DNA from: Escherichia phage EPIMRB01
DNA: 64,000 bases
Direction: 5' to 3' (one strand)
Sequence record: PQ657784
Below the pieces are notes generated by a model, which was given only the letters and a program-made list of their open reading frames with translations, made no database searches and was not told the DNA's origin. A program made the translations under genes and the position numbers. The first letter of the stretch is position 1, and each line of letters opens with the position of its first letter. Of this stretch, positions 31,416-43,835 are shown one piece after another.

Positions 31416-31765
31416 TTAGAAAGGTCCTGGATGTCTTCTGCGAACTTGTTGAAGGAGTTGTTGATTTGTTTTTCAACCAATCCTGGCTTATGAGCCACCA
31501 CATCCGCCTTCTTTGCGTCTTTGCGCAGTTTTTCATTTTCACGCTCAATAGCAGCAATTGCCTCACGATTTTTATTATTCATCGCATCAATATAATTATA
31601 CTGAATTCGCAAATTATCTAATGCTAAAGCGTTTTCATTGGCTGTTTTTGTAATTTCAGTAACCGATGTTTCTAATCTTTCTACCTTATTTTTTAAAATA
31701 ATAGATGTTCCGCCAAATGCTATTACAAGTAATAACAATCCAGCTGTAAAATTACTTACATGCAT
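31412..31765 (-). CDS. Inner-membrane spanin (Rz-like)
   Basis: 117 aa; N-terminal transmembrane segment FTAGLLLLVIAFGGTSIIL then coiled-coil-rich periplasmic region. Confidence 0.7.
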   Translation of the reverse strand: MHVSNFTAGLLLLVIAFGGTSIILKNKVERLETSVTEITKTANENALALDNLRIQYNYIDAMNNKNREAIAAIERENEKLRKDAKKADVVAHKPGLVEKQINNSFNKFAEDIQDLSK

Positions 31766-32262
31766 AAAGTTTTAATAACCTCTACAATATCGTCTTGAGA
31801 AAGACCGTTAATTAAAATATGATGTTCAGCTGGAGATTTAGAAATTTTAAAGCATGCCTTAACATCTTCTGCCATATCCGATGCACTACGATTTGGATTA
31901 CTAATTCCAAGACGATGTTTTCCCGTCAAAGGATTAACGATGATATAGCATTTACAGCTATTAATGTGAACATTAGGTTGAGTCTGATTAATGAACACAT
32001 CACAATCATATTTCGCAAGCTGATTTTCTAAAAAGACTTTCATCTCCTCAACCGCATCAGGAAGCATATCACGGGCTTGCTCAAGACGACGATTTCGATA
32101 TTCTTTAATGGTCGTTTTCCGCTTGACTTGCTTAGCTAAATCTTTCTTAAGATCGGTGATATATCCAACTCGACGATTTCCTTTAAATACAGAAATCCCA
32201 TCTGTAGTATCACCGTATGCTTCAACGACCATCTCAGTAGTAATAAGCTGCAAATCCATCAT
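31756..32262 (-). CDS. alc: Alc, host transcription shut-off on cytosine DNA (putative)
   Basis: 168-codon ORF (167 aa from second ATG) at the T4 alc position upstream of the spanins; downstream of an early promoter. Confidence 0.65.
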   Translation of the reverse strand: MMDLQLITTEMVVEAYGDTTDGISVFKGNRRVGYITDLKKDLAKQVKRKTTIKEYRNRRLEQARDMLPDAVEEMKVFLENQLAKYDCDVFINQTQPNVHINSCKCYIIVNPLTGKHRLGISNPNRSASDMAEDVKACFKISKSPAEHHILINGLSQDDIVEVIKTLCM

Positions 32263-32290
32263 AAAGTCCTCATGTTATGTCAGTAAGTCT

Positions 32291-32320
32291 ACTATAACAC
32301 AACACGAGGGACTTGTAAAC
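32291..32320 (-). promoter_or_regulatory. Early-type promoter, near-copy of the 16315-16344 element
   Basis: GTTTACA, 17-nt spacer, TATAGT; about 53 bp nearly identical to 16292-16344. Confidence 0.6.
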
Positions 32321-32323
32321 AGC

Positions 32324-33911
<1,588 letters not shown>

Positions 33912-33917
33912 AATAAA

Positions 33918-33933
33918 ATGGGCCTTGCGGCCC
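33918..33933 (-). terminator. Stem-loop between nrdB and denA
   Basis: GGGCC-GCAA-GGCCC directly after nrdB stop. Confidence 0.45.
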
Positions 33934-33938
33934 ACTCC

Positions 33939-35117
33939 TTAAAAATATTTTTTAAAACTCATCATAACTTTATCATCAACGTCATTATCAATCTGCGCAA
34001 CAAGATAAGATGACAGTTCTACTTCTTGCGGTGCGGATTGAACATTATCAGAATTAAGATATTCACGAATCCAAGGATATGGATGTTTAACCGGAGCATC
34101 GGTAATTGGGCATGGAAGACCACACTGCTTCATACGAGATACAGTTAAGTAATCAATAAAGCTCCACATGCTATTTGTATTTAATCCAGGAACATCGCCA
34201 TCTTTAAATAAATGAACTGCCCAATCTTTTTCTTGGCGGTTAACTTCCATGAAAATATCAACTGCTTCTTGCTCACACTCTTGAGCAATTTTAACCCATT
34301 CATCACCATCAGTGCCAAGTTGAAGTTGACGAATAATATATTGAGTGCCTTTAAGGTGAAGCTGTTCATCACGTGCAATGAACTTCATAATCTTGGCATT
34401 ACCTTCCATGATTTCCATGTTTTTATGGAAGTTAAAGGTACATGCGAAAGATACATAAAAACGAATAGCTTCCAATGCGTTGATTACATGCAAACAGAGG
34501 TAAAGAGATTTCATTAGCTCATGCTTCCAATATGTCTCATGCTCAATAGCATCTTCAATAACGTCTTCGTCTGCATTAATTTCTTTTTGGTATTCGATAT
34601 CAGCTTTAGCGTTTTCCCAATAACGAGTTTTAATCAGAACATCATCATAATAACGTCCAATGGATTCAGCACGTTTCATAATAGCTTCATCTAATACAAT
34701 TTCATCAAATACCTTCGATGGATCAGTATAAAGATTTCGCATGATATGTGTATATGAACGGCTGTGAATAGTTTCACTAAAAGTCCACGTAGCAACCCAT
34801 GTATCAAGGCTTGGGTCTGAAATTAATGACATAAGTACAGCAGACGGCGCACGACCCTGAATGCTATCCAAAAGTGATTGATACTTCAGGTTATTAGTAA
34901 AAATATTTTGCTGATACTGAGGAAGTTTATTAAATTGTGCAGCATCCATCATCAAGTTTACTTCTTCAGGACGCCAGAAAAATGATAAAGATTTCTCAAT
35001 AAGTTCTTCAAATACTCTATGTCGTTGAATATCATAACGCGCAATACCAAGACCTGAACCAAAAAACATAGGTTCTTTTAAAACATCAACTGGATTTGTA
35101 TTAAAAACTGTGCTCAT
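33939..35117 (-). CDS. nrdB: Ribonucleotide reductase small subunit NrdB, uninterrupted
   Basis: 392-aa continuous ORF; ferritin-like diiron subunit. Confidence 0.93.
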   Translation of the reverse strand: MSTVFNTNPVDVLKEPMFFGSGLGIARYDIQRHRVFEELIEKSLSFFWRPEEVNLMMDAAQFNKLPQYQQNIFTNNLKYQSLLDSIQGRAPSAVLMSLISDPSLDTWVATWTFSETIHSRSYTHIMRNLYTDPSKVFDEIVLDEAIMKRAESIGRYYDDVLIKTRYWENAKADIEYQKEINADEDVIEDAIEHETYWKHELMKSLYLCLHVINALEAIRFYVSFACTFNFHKNMEIMEGNAKIMKFIARDEQLHLKGTQYIIRQLQLGTDGDEWVKIAQECEQEAVDIFMEVNRQEKDWAVHLFKDGDVPGLNTNSMWSFIDYLTVSRMKQCGLPCPITDAPVKHPYPWIREYLNSDNVQSAPQEVELSSYLVAQIDNDVDDKVMMSFKKYF

Positions 35118-35168
35118 AAATTTTCCGCTTAGTTAATAGTTGGTGACTCGTCCGTGAGTCAAATTATA

Positions 35169-37433
35169 TCATAATTTACAGGATGAACAATCTTCAGCTT
35201 TTGGAGTTTCTATTTCATAATCATCAGTACCAGAACCATCGCGGGTATTATGATAATAGAAATTTTTAATGCCATAATACCATCCGTATAGCATGTCATC
35301 AATCATTATTGACATTGGAACCTTTCCTTTTGGAAAAATCTGCGGGTCATAATATGTATTTGCTGAAGCTGATTGACATACCCATTTCAGCATAATAGCT
35401 ACCTGCGTAAGATAAGGTTTATTACCTTTCTTAGCTAATTTCCACGTATAATCATATAGGTCTATGTTATGCTCAATATTGGGCACGACTTGATTAAAGG
35501 AACCCTCTTTTGATTCTTTAACAGAGACTGGTCCACGTGGAGGCTCGATGCCGTTTGTACTGTTAGAAACTTGGGAAGATGACTCACATGGCATAAGTGC
35601 TGATAATGTGCTATTACGGATGCCAAAGAGCTTAAGGTCTTCCCGCAGCGACGACCAGTCACAAACGTATTTTGGAGCTGCTATTTGGTCAATCTTTTTA
35701 TTGTACCAGTCGATAGGTAATTCGCCTCGAGACCAACGAGTGTCTGAATAATATTCGCAAGGTCCTTTTTCTTTGGCGAGCTTAATGGATGCTTTAATGA
35801 GTCCATACTGTAGTCTCTCAAATAGTTCATGTGTTAAATCGTTAGCATCTTCATAAGAAGCAAAATTACTTGCCAGCCAAGCTGCATAGTTAGTAACACC
35901 TACGCCAAGGTTTCGACGCTTTTTAGCTTTTTCTGCTTCAGGAACTGGATATCCTTGGTAGTCCAAAAGATTATCAAGAGCACGAACTTGGACTTCTGCC
36001 AATTCATTAATTTTATCTTGGTCTTGCCAATCGAAGTTATCCAACACAAATGCAGATAACGTGCACAATCCAATTTCAGCATCAGGACTATTCACATCAT
36101 TTGTTGGAATAGCAATTTCACAACACAAGTTACTCTGACGAATCGGTGCCTTTTCACGAATAAACGGAGTATAGTTATTCGTATTATCAATGAACTGCAC
36201 ATAAATCCTTGCTGTTCCTGAACGTTCAGTCATGAGTAATTCAAACAGTTCACGTGCTTTAATACGCTTTTTACGAATATTAGGGTCTTTTTCTGCGGCT
36301 TCATACAATTCACGGAAACGGTCTTGGTCTTTAAAATAAGAATAATAAAGCTCGCCACCCATTTCATGCGGACTGAACAAAGTAATGTAGTCGTTCTTTC
36401 CAAAACGTTCCATCATCAAATCATTCAACTGGACGCCATAATCCATATGACGGATACGGTTTTCTTCTACGCCTTTGTTATTTTTCAAAACGAGAAGATT
36501 TTCAACTTCCAAATGCCAAATAGGATAATAAGCAGTAGCAGCGCCGCCACGAATTCCGCCCTGTGAACATGATTTAACAGCAGTCTGAAAATGTTTCCAA
36601 AAAGGAATAACACCAGTATGGCGTACTTCACCTGTGCCAATCTTAGAACCTTCGGCACGAATCATACCAACGTTAATGCCGATTCCAGCTCGCTTGGAGA
36701 TATATTCAACAATTGAAGCAGAAGCTTTGTTGATAGACTTCAGCGAATCACCTGCCTCAATAACAACGCATGAACTAAACTGTCGAGTTGGAGTACGACA
36801 TCCAGCCATAATAGGAGTTGGCAGTGAAATCTGTCGAGTAGATACTGCTTCATAAAAACGAATAACATGTTTTAATCTGTCAACAGGTTCATCTTGATGC
36901 AATGCCATTCCAATAGTCATAAATGCAAACTGCGGAGTTTCATAAATTTGACCAGTGGTTTTATCTTTAATGAGATATTTTTCTTTTAATTGCATCGCCC
37001 CGGAATAAGTAAATTCCATATCCCGCTCGTGCTTAATTTTTGATTCTAAAAATGTAATTTCTTCTGCTGAATATTTTGACAGCAGTTCAGGGTCGTATTT
37101 ACCTTCATTTACACAGTAAGAAATATGGTCAATAAATGAACGCGGTTCATACTGTCCGTAAACATGCTTACGAAGAGCAAACATTAAACAGCGAGCGGCT
37201 ACGTATTGATAATCAGGCTCTTCAACTGAAATAGAATTCGCAGCAGTCTTAATGACAATAGTCTGAATGTCGTCAGTTGTCATTCCATCACGGAGATATG
37301 ATTTAATATTTTCATATAATTCATAAGGATCTACAGATGTTCCTTCAGCTGCCCAAGATAAAACTTTAATAATTTTTTGCGGGTCAAAGCTCTGAGAAAC
37401 ACCACTACTTTTGATAACATTAATTAATTGCAT
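35169..37433 (-). CDS. nrdA: Ribonucleotide reductase large subunit NrdA
   Basis: 754 aa as in T4 NrdA; class Ia active-site region NLCCEI. Confidence 0.95.
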   Translation of the reverse strand: MQLINVIKSSGVSQSFDPQKIIKVLSWAAEGTSVDPYELYENIKSYLRDGMTTDDIQTIVIKTAANSISVEEPDYQYVAARCLMFALRKHVYGQYEPRSFIDHISYCVNEGKYDPELLSKYSAEEITFLESKIKHERDMEFTYSGAMQLKEKYLIKDKTTGQIYETPQFAFMTIGMALHQDEPVDRLKHVIRFYEAVSTRQISLPTPIMAGCRTPTRQFSSCVVIEAGDSLKSINKASASIVEYISKRAGIGINVGMIRAEGSKIGTGEVRHTGVIPFWKHFQTAVKSCSQGGIRGGAATAYYPIWHLEVENLLVLKNNKGVEENRIRHMDYGVQLNDLMMERFGKNDYITLFSPHEMGGELYYSYFKDQDRFRELYEAAEKDPNIRKKRIKARELFELLMTERSGTARIYVQFIDNTNNYTPFIREKAPIRQSNLCCEIAIPTNDVNSPDAEIGLCTLSAFVLDNFDWQDQDKINELAEVQVRALDNLLDYQGYPVPEAEKAKKRRNLGVGVTNYAAWLASNFASYEDANDLTHELFERLQYGLIKASIKLAKEKGPCEYYSDTRWSRGELPIDWYNKKIDQIAAPKYVCDWSSLREDLKLFGIRNSTLSALMPCESSSQVSNSTNGIEPPRGPVSVKESKEGSFNQVVPNIEHNIDLYDYTWKLAKKGNKPYLTQVAIMLKWVCQSASANTYYDPQIFPKGKVPMSIMIDDMLYGWYYGIKNFYYHNTRDGSGTDDYEIETPKAEDCSSCKL

Positions 37434-37750
37434 AAGTCCTCAACTTGAAAATCGTCTTTAAACAATCGGTTAACTATATGAGCTATTATATCACCATGAC
37501 ACGGCTTTGGTTTACATGTGCATCCTAGCCTCATTCCACGTAAAGGCTCTAAATGTGCTTTAGTTATTTCTCCGGATTTAATTCGACGTATAAAATCTTT
37601 TTTGAATAATTCAATGGCAGCCTCCCGGCTGCCAGCATCTTTACCGACGTAATTTCCCCAAAATGTACCACGGTGAATATTAACATCAAAGTCGGATTTA
37701 TATTTATTCACTACCTGGCATAGACGGCCCGCGCGGTGATAATTCGTCAT
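37424..37750 (-). CDS. Hypothetical Cys-rich protein
   Basis: 108-aa ORF overlapping nrdA start by 10 nt; [12 protein letters not shown] motif. Confidence 0.5.
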   Translation of the reverse strand: MTNYHRAGRLCQVVNKYKSDFDVNIHRGTFWGNYVGKDAGSREAAIELFKKDFIRRIKSGEITKAHLEPLRGMRLGCTCKPKPCHGDIIAHIVNRLFKDDFQVEDLCN

Positions 37751-37979
37751 ATTGTTTTTCCGTTAAAACAGTAATATCATAATAACAGTCAGAAGAAGTT
37801 TTAACTGTGGAAATTTTATTATCAAAATACTCACGAGTCATTTTATGAGTATAATATTTTTTGCCATAAATGATAATAGGCTGATTTGGTCCTGGAACTT
37901 CTAACTCGCTTGGATTAGGAAGTGTAAAAAGAACGACACCAGAAGTATCTTTAAATCGTAAAATCATATATCCTCGCAA
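37704..37979 (-). CDS. Hypothetical protein
   Basis: 91-aa ORF. Confidence 0.45.
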   Translation of the reverse strand: MRGYMILRFKDTSGVVLFTLPNPSELEVPGPNQPIIIYGKKYYTHKMTREYFDNKISTVKTSSDCYYDITVLTEKQYDELSPRGPSMPGSE

Positions 37980-37990
37980 TTAAATTAAAA

Positions 37991-38850
37991 TTACACCGCC
38001 ATCTTTCCTTTAATTGGCGGGTGAGATACATAGTTTTTAAGAACAAAATCATGTGGCTTTGCGAATTGACTCAACCAAAATACCTGCGATTCTGTGTTCC
38101 ATTCATCAAATTCATCTGGAAATTTTAATTGTAATTCGCATAAATCCATAGGTTCACGACGCAAAATTTCTTTACATTGTTCTACGTGATTCATATAGAT
38201 ATGAGTATTACCACCAGAAAATATCAAATCTCCTGGAATAAGATTACACATCTTAGCTACAATATGAACTAACGTAGCATATGATGCAATATTAAATGGA
38301 AGACCGAGGAAAACATCTACCGAACGTTGATACCACTGCAAATCCAAATAGCCATTACGCACATTAAACTGATAGAACATATGACAAGGTGGTAATGCCA
38401 TATATTTAAGTTCAGCTGGATTCCATGCAGAAACAATTTGACGCCTATCATTTGGTAGTTTTTTAATACGATCAACAACTTCTATAATTTGGTCTACACC
38501 ACCAAAATCGCGCCATTGTTTTCCATAAATTGGACCAAGTTCACCACTATGGTATCCTAAATCTTTTGCTTGATTTTCGTAATTTTCATCCCAGACTGTT
38601 TTGCCTTGAATTAATGAATCATGTTGAATTAATCGCAAATCATTGACATTTGTGCTTCCCGATAAAAACCATATTAGCTCAGCAATGCAAGCTTTCCAGG
38701 CGAGCTTCTTAGTCGTTACTGCAGGAAAACCTTTAGTTAAATCCCAGCGTAATTTAGTACCGAACAAAGCAATTGTTCCTGTGCCTGTTCGGTCATCGGT
38801 TTCATAGCCATTTTCCAGGATATCTTTAATTAAAAATTGGTATTGTTTCA

Positions 38851-38851
<1 letters not shown>
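37991..38851 (-). CDS. td: Thymidylate synthase, uninterrupted
   Basis: 286 aa from ATG (MKQYQFLIKD...); ORF-track start is a TTG extension; DRTGTGT and catalytic PCH motifs; single continuous ORF. Confidence 0.93.
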
Positions 38852-39641
<790 letters not shown>

Positions 39642-39884
39642 TCAAAACCCCCTTTCAATAAACCATTCAGTGGCTTTATTAGCATCAAAGAATAATTCTT
39701 CATATGTCTTTTCTTTGTTTTCAAAAACTGTCACACAAACACGTTGACATTCTCCACAGTATTCTTCTGACATACTCAAAGCGTCAGAAAACATTTCATT
39801 AAATTCATTTAAATCAGGATTATGCAATGCGTTAAAAATTGCATAATCGAATTCATCATTCATAAATTCAAATACAAAAATCAT
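39642..39884 (-). CDS. Hypothetical protein
   Basis: 80-aa ORF; Cys-containing (CGECQRVC). Confidence 0.5.
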   Translation of the reverse strand: MIFVFEFMNDEFDYAIFNALHNPDLNEFNEMFSDALSMSEEYCGECQRVCVTVFENKEKTYEELFFDANKATEWFIERGF

Positions 39885-39892
39885 ATTATCTC

Positions 39893-40228
39893 CTAATATA
39901 AAGGATCGGGAACATATCCACTAGCTTTAATCATTTTAATTAACGTTAACATTCCTTTATTAACTGCTCGTGAGATTTCATCAAAAACTTCATCACTAAA
40001 AAGTTCTAACACGCCCTTCTGAACTTTTAATTTACAGCCAACAATTTCGTCATCGCCTATAGTAAATTCGTTTCCGCCAATTCCACCGAAAAACTTAATT
40101 GCACCAGTCAACTGTCTTCCACGAGAATATGGGTCGTGTGATAAAGTAATATGAGTCACCCCAGGTACAGTTTTAAATTGGCAACGGATGTTTACTTGGG
40201 CAATTCCAGTTACGTGAATGTCAGACAT
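39893..40228 (-). CDS. Hypothetical protein
   Basis: 111-aa ORF. Confidence 0.5.
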   Translation of the reverse strand: MSDIHVTGIAQVNIRCQFKTVPGVTHITLSHDPYSRGRQLTGAIKFFGGIGGNEFTIGDDEIVGCKLKVQKGVLELFSDEVFDEISRAVNKGMLTLIKMIKASGYVPDPLY

Positions 40229-40238
40229 AATATTTTCC

Positions 40239-40538
40239 TCAAACAGACTTTTTCACAATTTTCCAATCAGCTTTAAACTGATCGACGTCAGAATGGTAAA
40301 TCCAGAATCCTGCGCTTTCTCCATCCTCATAAAGAGGGCATCCATCGCATTCATCTTCCCATCCCATATCACGCAAAAGACGTTCAGCTTTTTCAACAAG
40401 TTCAGAATCTTTACCGATGATATTAAAATACCATTTACCTCTAACTTCTGAATCTTTAATGCTCTGACGTTGTAATCTCATTTTATTCTCCTTAGTTAAT
40501 AAGGCTATAGTATCACTACTATAGCCTGTTGTAAACAA
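40239..40538 (-). CDS. Hypothetical protein
   Basis: 99-aa ORF. Confidence 0.5.
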   Translation of the reverse strand: MFTTGYSSDTIALLTKENKMRLQRQSIKDSEVRGKWYFNIIGKDSELVEKAERLLRDMGWEDECDGCPLYEDGESAGFWIYHSDVDQFKADWKIVKKSV

Positions 40539-40841
40539 TTATTTTTGAATTTTATCGAGCCACTTACCAAGCTTAATCATTTCTTTAGTAGCCTTTTCCA
40601 TACTTCTGAACTTAACCAATAGAGGATAGGTATCGACACCCATAACTAAACTGGTTACAAGACTGTGTTCACCCACAAGCCATAACGAATACGTTTGAAT
40701 ATCGAGTCCGTAATTTCTGTCTTTATGGACCCGTACACCCATCACTTCAAATTTCTCACTAGCTTTTTCTACCGCATCCAGGAAATCATCTTTAGTCATA
40801 TTAGGCCTTAAAAGTTTTTCGCAAAAGTTCAATGATTTCAT
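40539..40841 (-). CDS. Hypothetical protein
   Basis: 100-aa ORF. Confidence 0.5.
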   Translation of the reverse strand: MKSLNFCEKLLRPNMTKDDFLDAVEKASEKFEVMGVRVHKDRNYGLDIQTYSLWLVGEHSLVTSLVMGVDTYPLLVKFRSMEKATKEMIKLGKWLDKIQK

Positions 40842-41166
40842 CTACATTGTTTTCGTCAACAATGCAGTGAATTTTCGTTACGCCAGAAACCTTGTCTTTA
40901 ACTTCATCTTCTTCAGAAGTTGGTTCTTTATACTCACGAAAACAATGAAATTCATCTTCGCAGACGTTAAAGTAAAAATGCTTTCCATTTGCGCATTCAA
41001 TGTGTTTTATTACTTTAAATCCGTCAGCAAAGAAAGATTCTTTAACTTCAAACCATCCGCCATTTTCTTGAATAATTTTAACTATTGATGAATTAGAACG
41101 TGGGCGATAACTAATAAATGTATCAATAAGTCTTGGAACAAGCTCATACTTTTTGCCATTATACAT
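40801..41166 (-). CDS. Hypothetical protein
   Basis: 121-aa ORF with SD GAGGAAAA. Confidence 0.5.
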   Translation of the reverse strand: MYNGKKYELVPRLIDTFISYRPRSNSSIVKIIQENGGWFEVKESFFADGFKVIKHIECANGKHFYFNVCEDEFHCFREYKEPTSEEDEVKDKVSGVTKIHCIVDENNVDEIIELLRKTFKA

Positions 41167-41210
41167 TACGTTTTCCTCATTTTAATAGGGGCTATAAAGC
41201 CCCTTGATAA

Positions 41211-41459
41211 TTATTGTTCAATCAGTCCCATGTAAAATTCTGCGTCTTCAGAATCCATACCATCACAATATTCATTAGCCATAAAACGAGTGAGGTCTTC
41301 AAGAGGACCTTCAATAACGATTTGAATACTCCAAAACTTAGAATCTTGTACGCTTGTGATACTAAGTTCAGGATAACGATTACGAATAACTTCTTCAATA
41401 TATTCAAAATCAACGATGTCAATATCAACTTTAGCCATATTATTTTCCTCTTTAATCAT
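41211..41459 (-). CDS. Hypothetical acidic protein
   Basis: 82-aa ORF downstream of an early promoter. Confidence 0.5.
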   Translation of the reverse strand: MIKEENNMAKVDIDIVDFEYIEEVIRNRYPELSITSVQDSKFWSIQIVIEGPLEDLTRFMANEYCDGMDSEDAEFYMGLIEQ

Positions 41460-41482
41460 CAGCAGTATTGCCGATAGTTGTA

Positions 41483-41512
41483 TAGTACCACAGTCCTTGT
41501 GGTATGTAAACC
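41483..41512 (-). promoter_or_regulatory. Early-type promoter
   Basis: GTTTACA, 17-nt spacer, TACTAT with upstream TG. Confidence 0.6.
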
Positions 41513-41530
41513 GTTTTGTGAAAAAATTTT

Positions 41531-41561
41531 TGAAATAAAAAAGGGGACCTCTAGGGTCCCC
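41531..41561 (-). terminator. Rho-independent terminator after gene 32
   Basis: GGGGACC-CTAGA-GGTCCCC followed by T6 run on minus strand. Confidence 0.7.
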
Positions 41562-41583
41562 AATTAATTAGTAATATAATCTA

Positions 41584-42492
41584 TTAAAGGTCATTCAAAA
41601 GGTCATCCAGGTCCGTGTCATCAGCACTAGATGAACTGCCAGAGCTTGAGCTCATAAAATCATCTTCAGTTTTTGTATTGAAGTCATCAACATTGAATGC
41701 ATCCAAATCATCAGCAACTTTATCAGCTTTCTTAGCGGCAGTCGCTGCGGCACCACCCATAGCAGCAGTTCCCATAACTTGACTGAACTTAGTGCTCAGT
41801 TCTTCAAACGATTTGAATTTATCTTTAGAAGTCATTTCAGAAAGGTCAACCATTTGTTCAAACAGTTCTTTCTGGAAAGATTCATCATCAATGTTTGGAA
41901 TCGCAGATTGATTCAGGAATTTAGATTCGTCGTAGTTACTAAAACCAGAAACTTGTTTAACTTTCAGTACAAAGTTAGCACCTTCCCACGGACAAGTTAC
42001 ATCAACCGGAGTTTCACCCATTTCAACATCAACTGCAATCATTGCATTGATTTTATCCCAGATTTTTTTACCGAAACGGTATTTAAATACTTTACCTTCA
42101 TTTTCTGGAGCAGCTGGGTCTTTTACTACAAGAATGTTAGCCCAGTAAGAAGTTTTACGTTTAACAAGACCATATTCTTTATTGTCAGTGTTGTACAAAT
42201 CATTTTTACTGATGTACTGACATACTGGACAGGAATCGTAATCACCGTGGGTAGATGAACAGTTTTCAATATACCATTTACCATTTTTCTTGAAACCGTG
42301 ATTTACAAGAATTGCGAATGGTGCTTGTTCATCATTTTTAGACGGAAGAAAACGAATTACTGCTTGACCGTTACCCGCATTATCGAGTTTCAGTTTCCAC
42401 TCGCCTTTATCTTCAGAAGAAAAACCACCTTTATTTCCAGCCAGTTTAGCCATTTGTGCAGCGAGTTCAGCAGTAGATTTACGTTTAAACAT
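41584..42492 (-). CDS. 32: Single-stranded DNA-binding protein gp32
   Basis: 302 aa; zinc-binding H/C cluster ([11 protein letters not shown]), acidic Ser/Asp-rich C-terminal tail. Confidence 0.95.
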   Translation of the reverse strand: MFKRKSTAELAAQMAKLAGNKGGFSSEDKGEWKLKLDNAGNGQAVIRFLPSKNDEQAPFAILVNHGFKKNGKWYIENCSSTHGDYDSCPVCQYISKNDLYNTDNKEYGLVKRKTSYWANILVVKDPAAPENEGKVFKYRFGKKIWDKINAMIAVDVEMGETPVDVTCPWEGANFVLKVKQVSGFSNYDESKFLNQSAIPNIDDESFQKELFEQMVDLSEMTSKDKFKSFEELSTKFSQVMGTAAMGGAAATAAKKADKVADDLDAFNVDDFNTKTEDDFMSSSSGSSSSADDTDLDDLLNDL

Positions 42493-42585
42493 TTTTATTT
42501 CCTTTTTAATTTAATTAACAGTTGGTGCTATGACGATGTATGACCTCATAGCTGGTCAGTGAGATAATTATAATCTATTTATAAT
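42493..42585 (-). promoter_or_regulatory. Gene 32 translational operator region (autoregulated leader)
   Basis: Leader reads ...UUAAUUAAAUUAAAAAGGAAAUAAAAAUG, an unstructured A/U-rich tract preceded by a GC-containing segment able to form a stem / pseudoknot. Confidence 0.6.
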
Positions 42586-42591
42586 AAGCAA

Positions 42592-43245
42592 TTAATACTT
42601 GCAAGATTTCACAGTTTCAATAAAAACACTTTTAGCTTTCTGTGAATCAATATTTAAAATTTTTCTATAAGCCTTTAACTTTATAGAATAATTATTCCAG
42701 ACTAAATTATCAGTCTGTTCATCATGTTTATCGATTATATTTAAAAACGAATCAAGCAAGATAAACGTCTCAAACGAAATTATATTCGATTGAAGTAGTT
42801 TAAAAATATAACTTGATTGAACTTTTGGATTATACTCAAAGATTTCTTTAAAAGCAGAAACTTCAACTTTTTTACTAAAATAATAAATGTTGCGAATATC
42901 TTCTTCAAACTTAAATTTAATTTGCTTTAAGCGTCCGATATATTCACGATAAAACACAAGTGCATCAGCGTCAGAGATGTCACCAATCCAAGCATCTTGG
43001 TTAGCAACAAGATTGCTTATAAAGATTAAAGCAAGTTCCTTTAATTTATATTTTTCTGATAACTTCTGGAAAAAATACTTATCCCTTCGCTTTTGATAAG
43101 CGGCATCAGACACCCGCATGCACCAATTATACTTAATTACATCATACTTTCCATTCATATGTTGTTTTATCATTAAGTATAATTTATAAACTGATTTACC
43201 ATCAATGTATCTTTCACCACCAGCAGGCATGCGGAGTTTAATCAT
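42592..43245 (-). CDS. 59: Helicase loader gp59
   Basis: 217 aa as in T4 gp59; synteny 32-59-33. Confidence 0.88.
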   Translation of the reverse strand: MIKLRMPAGGERYIDGKSVYKLYLMIKQHMNGKYDVIKYNWCMRVSDAAYQKRRDKYFFQKLSEKYKLKELALIFISNLVANQDAWIGDISDADALVFYREYIGRLKQIKFKFEEDIRNIYYFSKKVEVSAFKEIFEYNPKVQSSYIFKLLQSNIISFETFILLDSFLNIIDKHDEQTDNLVWNNYSIKLKAYRKILNIDSQKAKSVFIETVKSCKY

Positions 43246-43580
43246 AGTAGAAAATCTAATGTATTAGTTTTTTCACAACGAATAACAGAAGGACGTAAAA
43301 GATTTTCGTCAATAGCTTCTGACTGAATTTTTTCAATTATACCCGAAGGAATAAATTTAGCAAATTGAGTTTCAGGAATAGAATTTTCTTCCAAGAATGC
43401 TGTTGTAGCTTCAAGATAACTCATTCCAAACTCTTCTACCATTTTTTCAATAATAAATCCATTTTCTTGACGGTCAAGAAGCTTTGCTATTTCATCCTTT
43501 TCTTTTTTAATTGAAAGTTCTTTTTCTGAAAGACCGGTCTCATCGACCGGACGAATATCATTTAGAGAAAACTGTGTCAT
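43242..43580 (-). CDS. 33: Late transcription co-activator gp33
   Basis: 112 aa from ATG (MTQFSLNDI...); ORF-track start is a TTG extension. Confidence 0.85.
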   Translation of the reverse strand: MTQFSLNDIRPVDETGLSEKELSIKKEKDEIAKLLDRQENGFIIEKMVEEFGMSYLEATTAFLEENSIPETQFAKFIPSGIIEKIQSEAIDENLLRPSVIRCEKTNTLDFLL

Positions 43581-43827
43581 AAAGTTCAACTACCTCTTCG
43601 GTTTCAGCTTCAAACACATCACGGTTATCTTTATGATACAAAGCTAACAGACGATTAAACATCTTTCCATCAACGCCAAGTTCATCTTTGGCGCGAATTC
43701 GAATATCTTTAATCAATTCATTATAACCGGAAATTTTCAGTTTATGATCAGATGCTTCTTTAATAAATTTAGCCAAGTCTTCACCATGGATAGCTTCATC
43801 AAATTCAACCATTTCTTTTTTAGCCAT
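43558..43827 (-). CDS. dsbA: dsDNA-binding protein DsbA
   Basis: 89 aa as in T4 DsbA; sits between rnh and gene 33. Confidence 0.8.
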   Translation of the reverse strand: MAKKEMVEFDEAIHGEDLAKFIKEASDHKLKISGYNELIKDIRIRAKDELGVDGKMFNRLLALYHKDNRDVFEAETEEVVELYDTVFSK

Positions 43828-43835
43828 TATTCACC

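Noticed and set aside
41185-41210. GGGGC-TATAAA-GCCCC as a late promoter
   Set aside because: Loop contains TATAAA but not the full TATAAATA box; more likely an RNA stem-loop.
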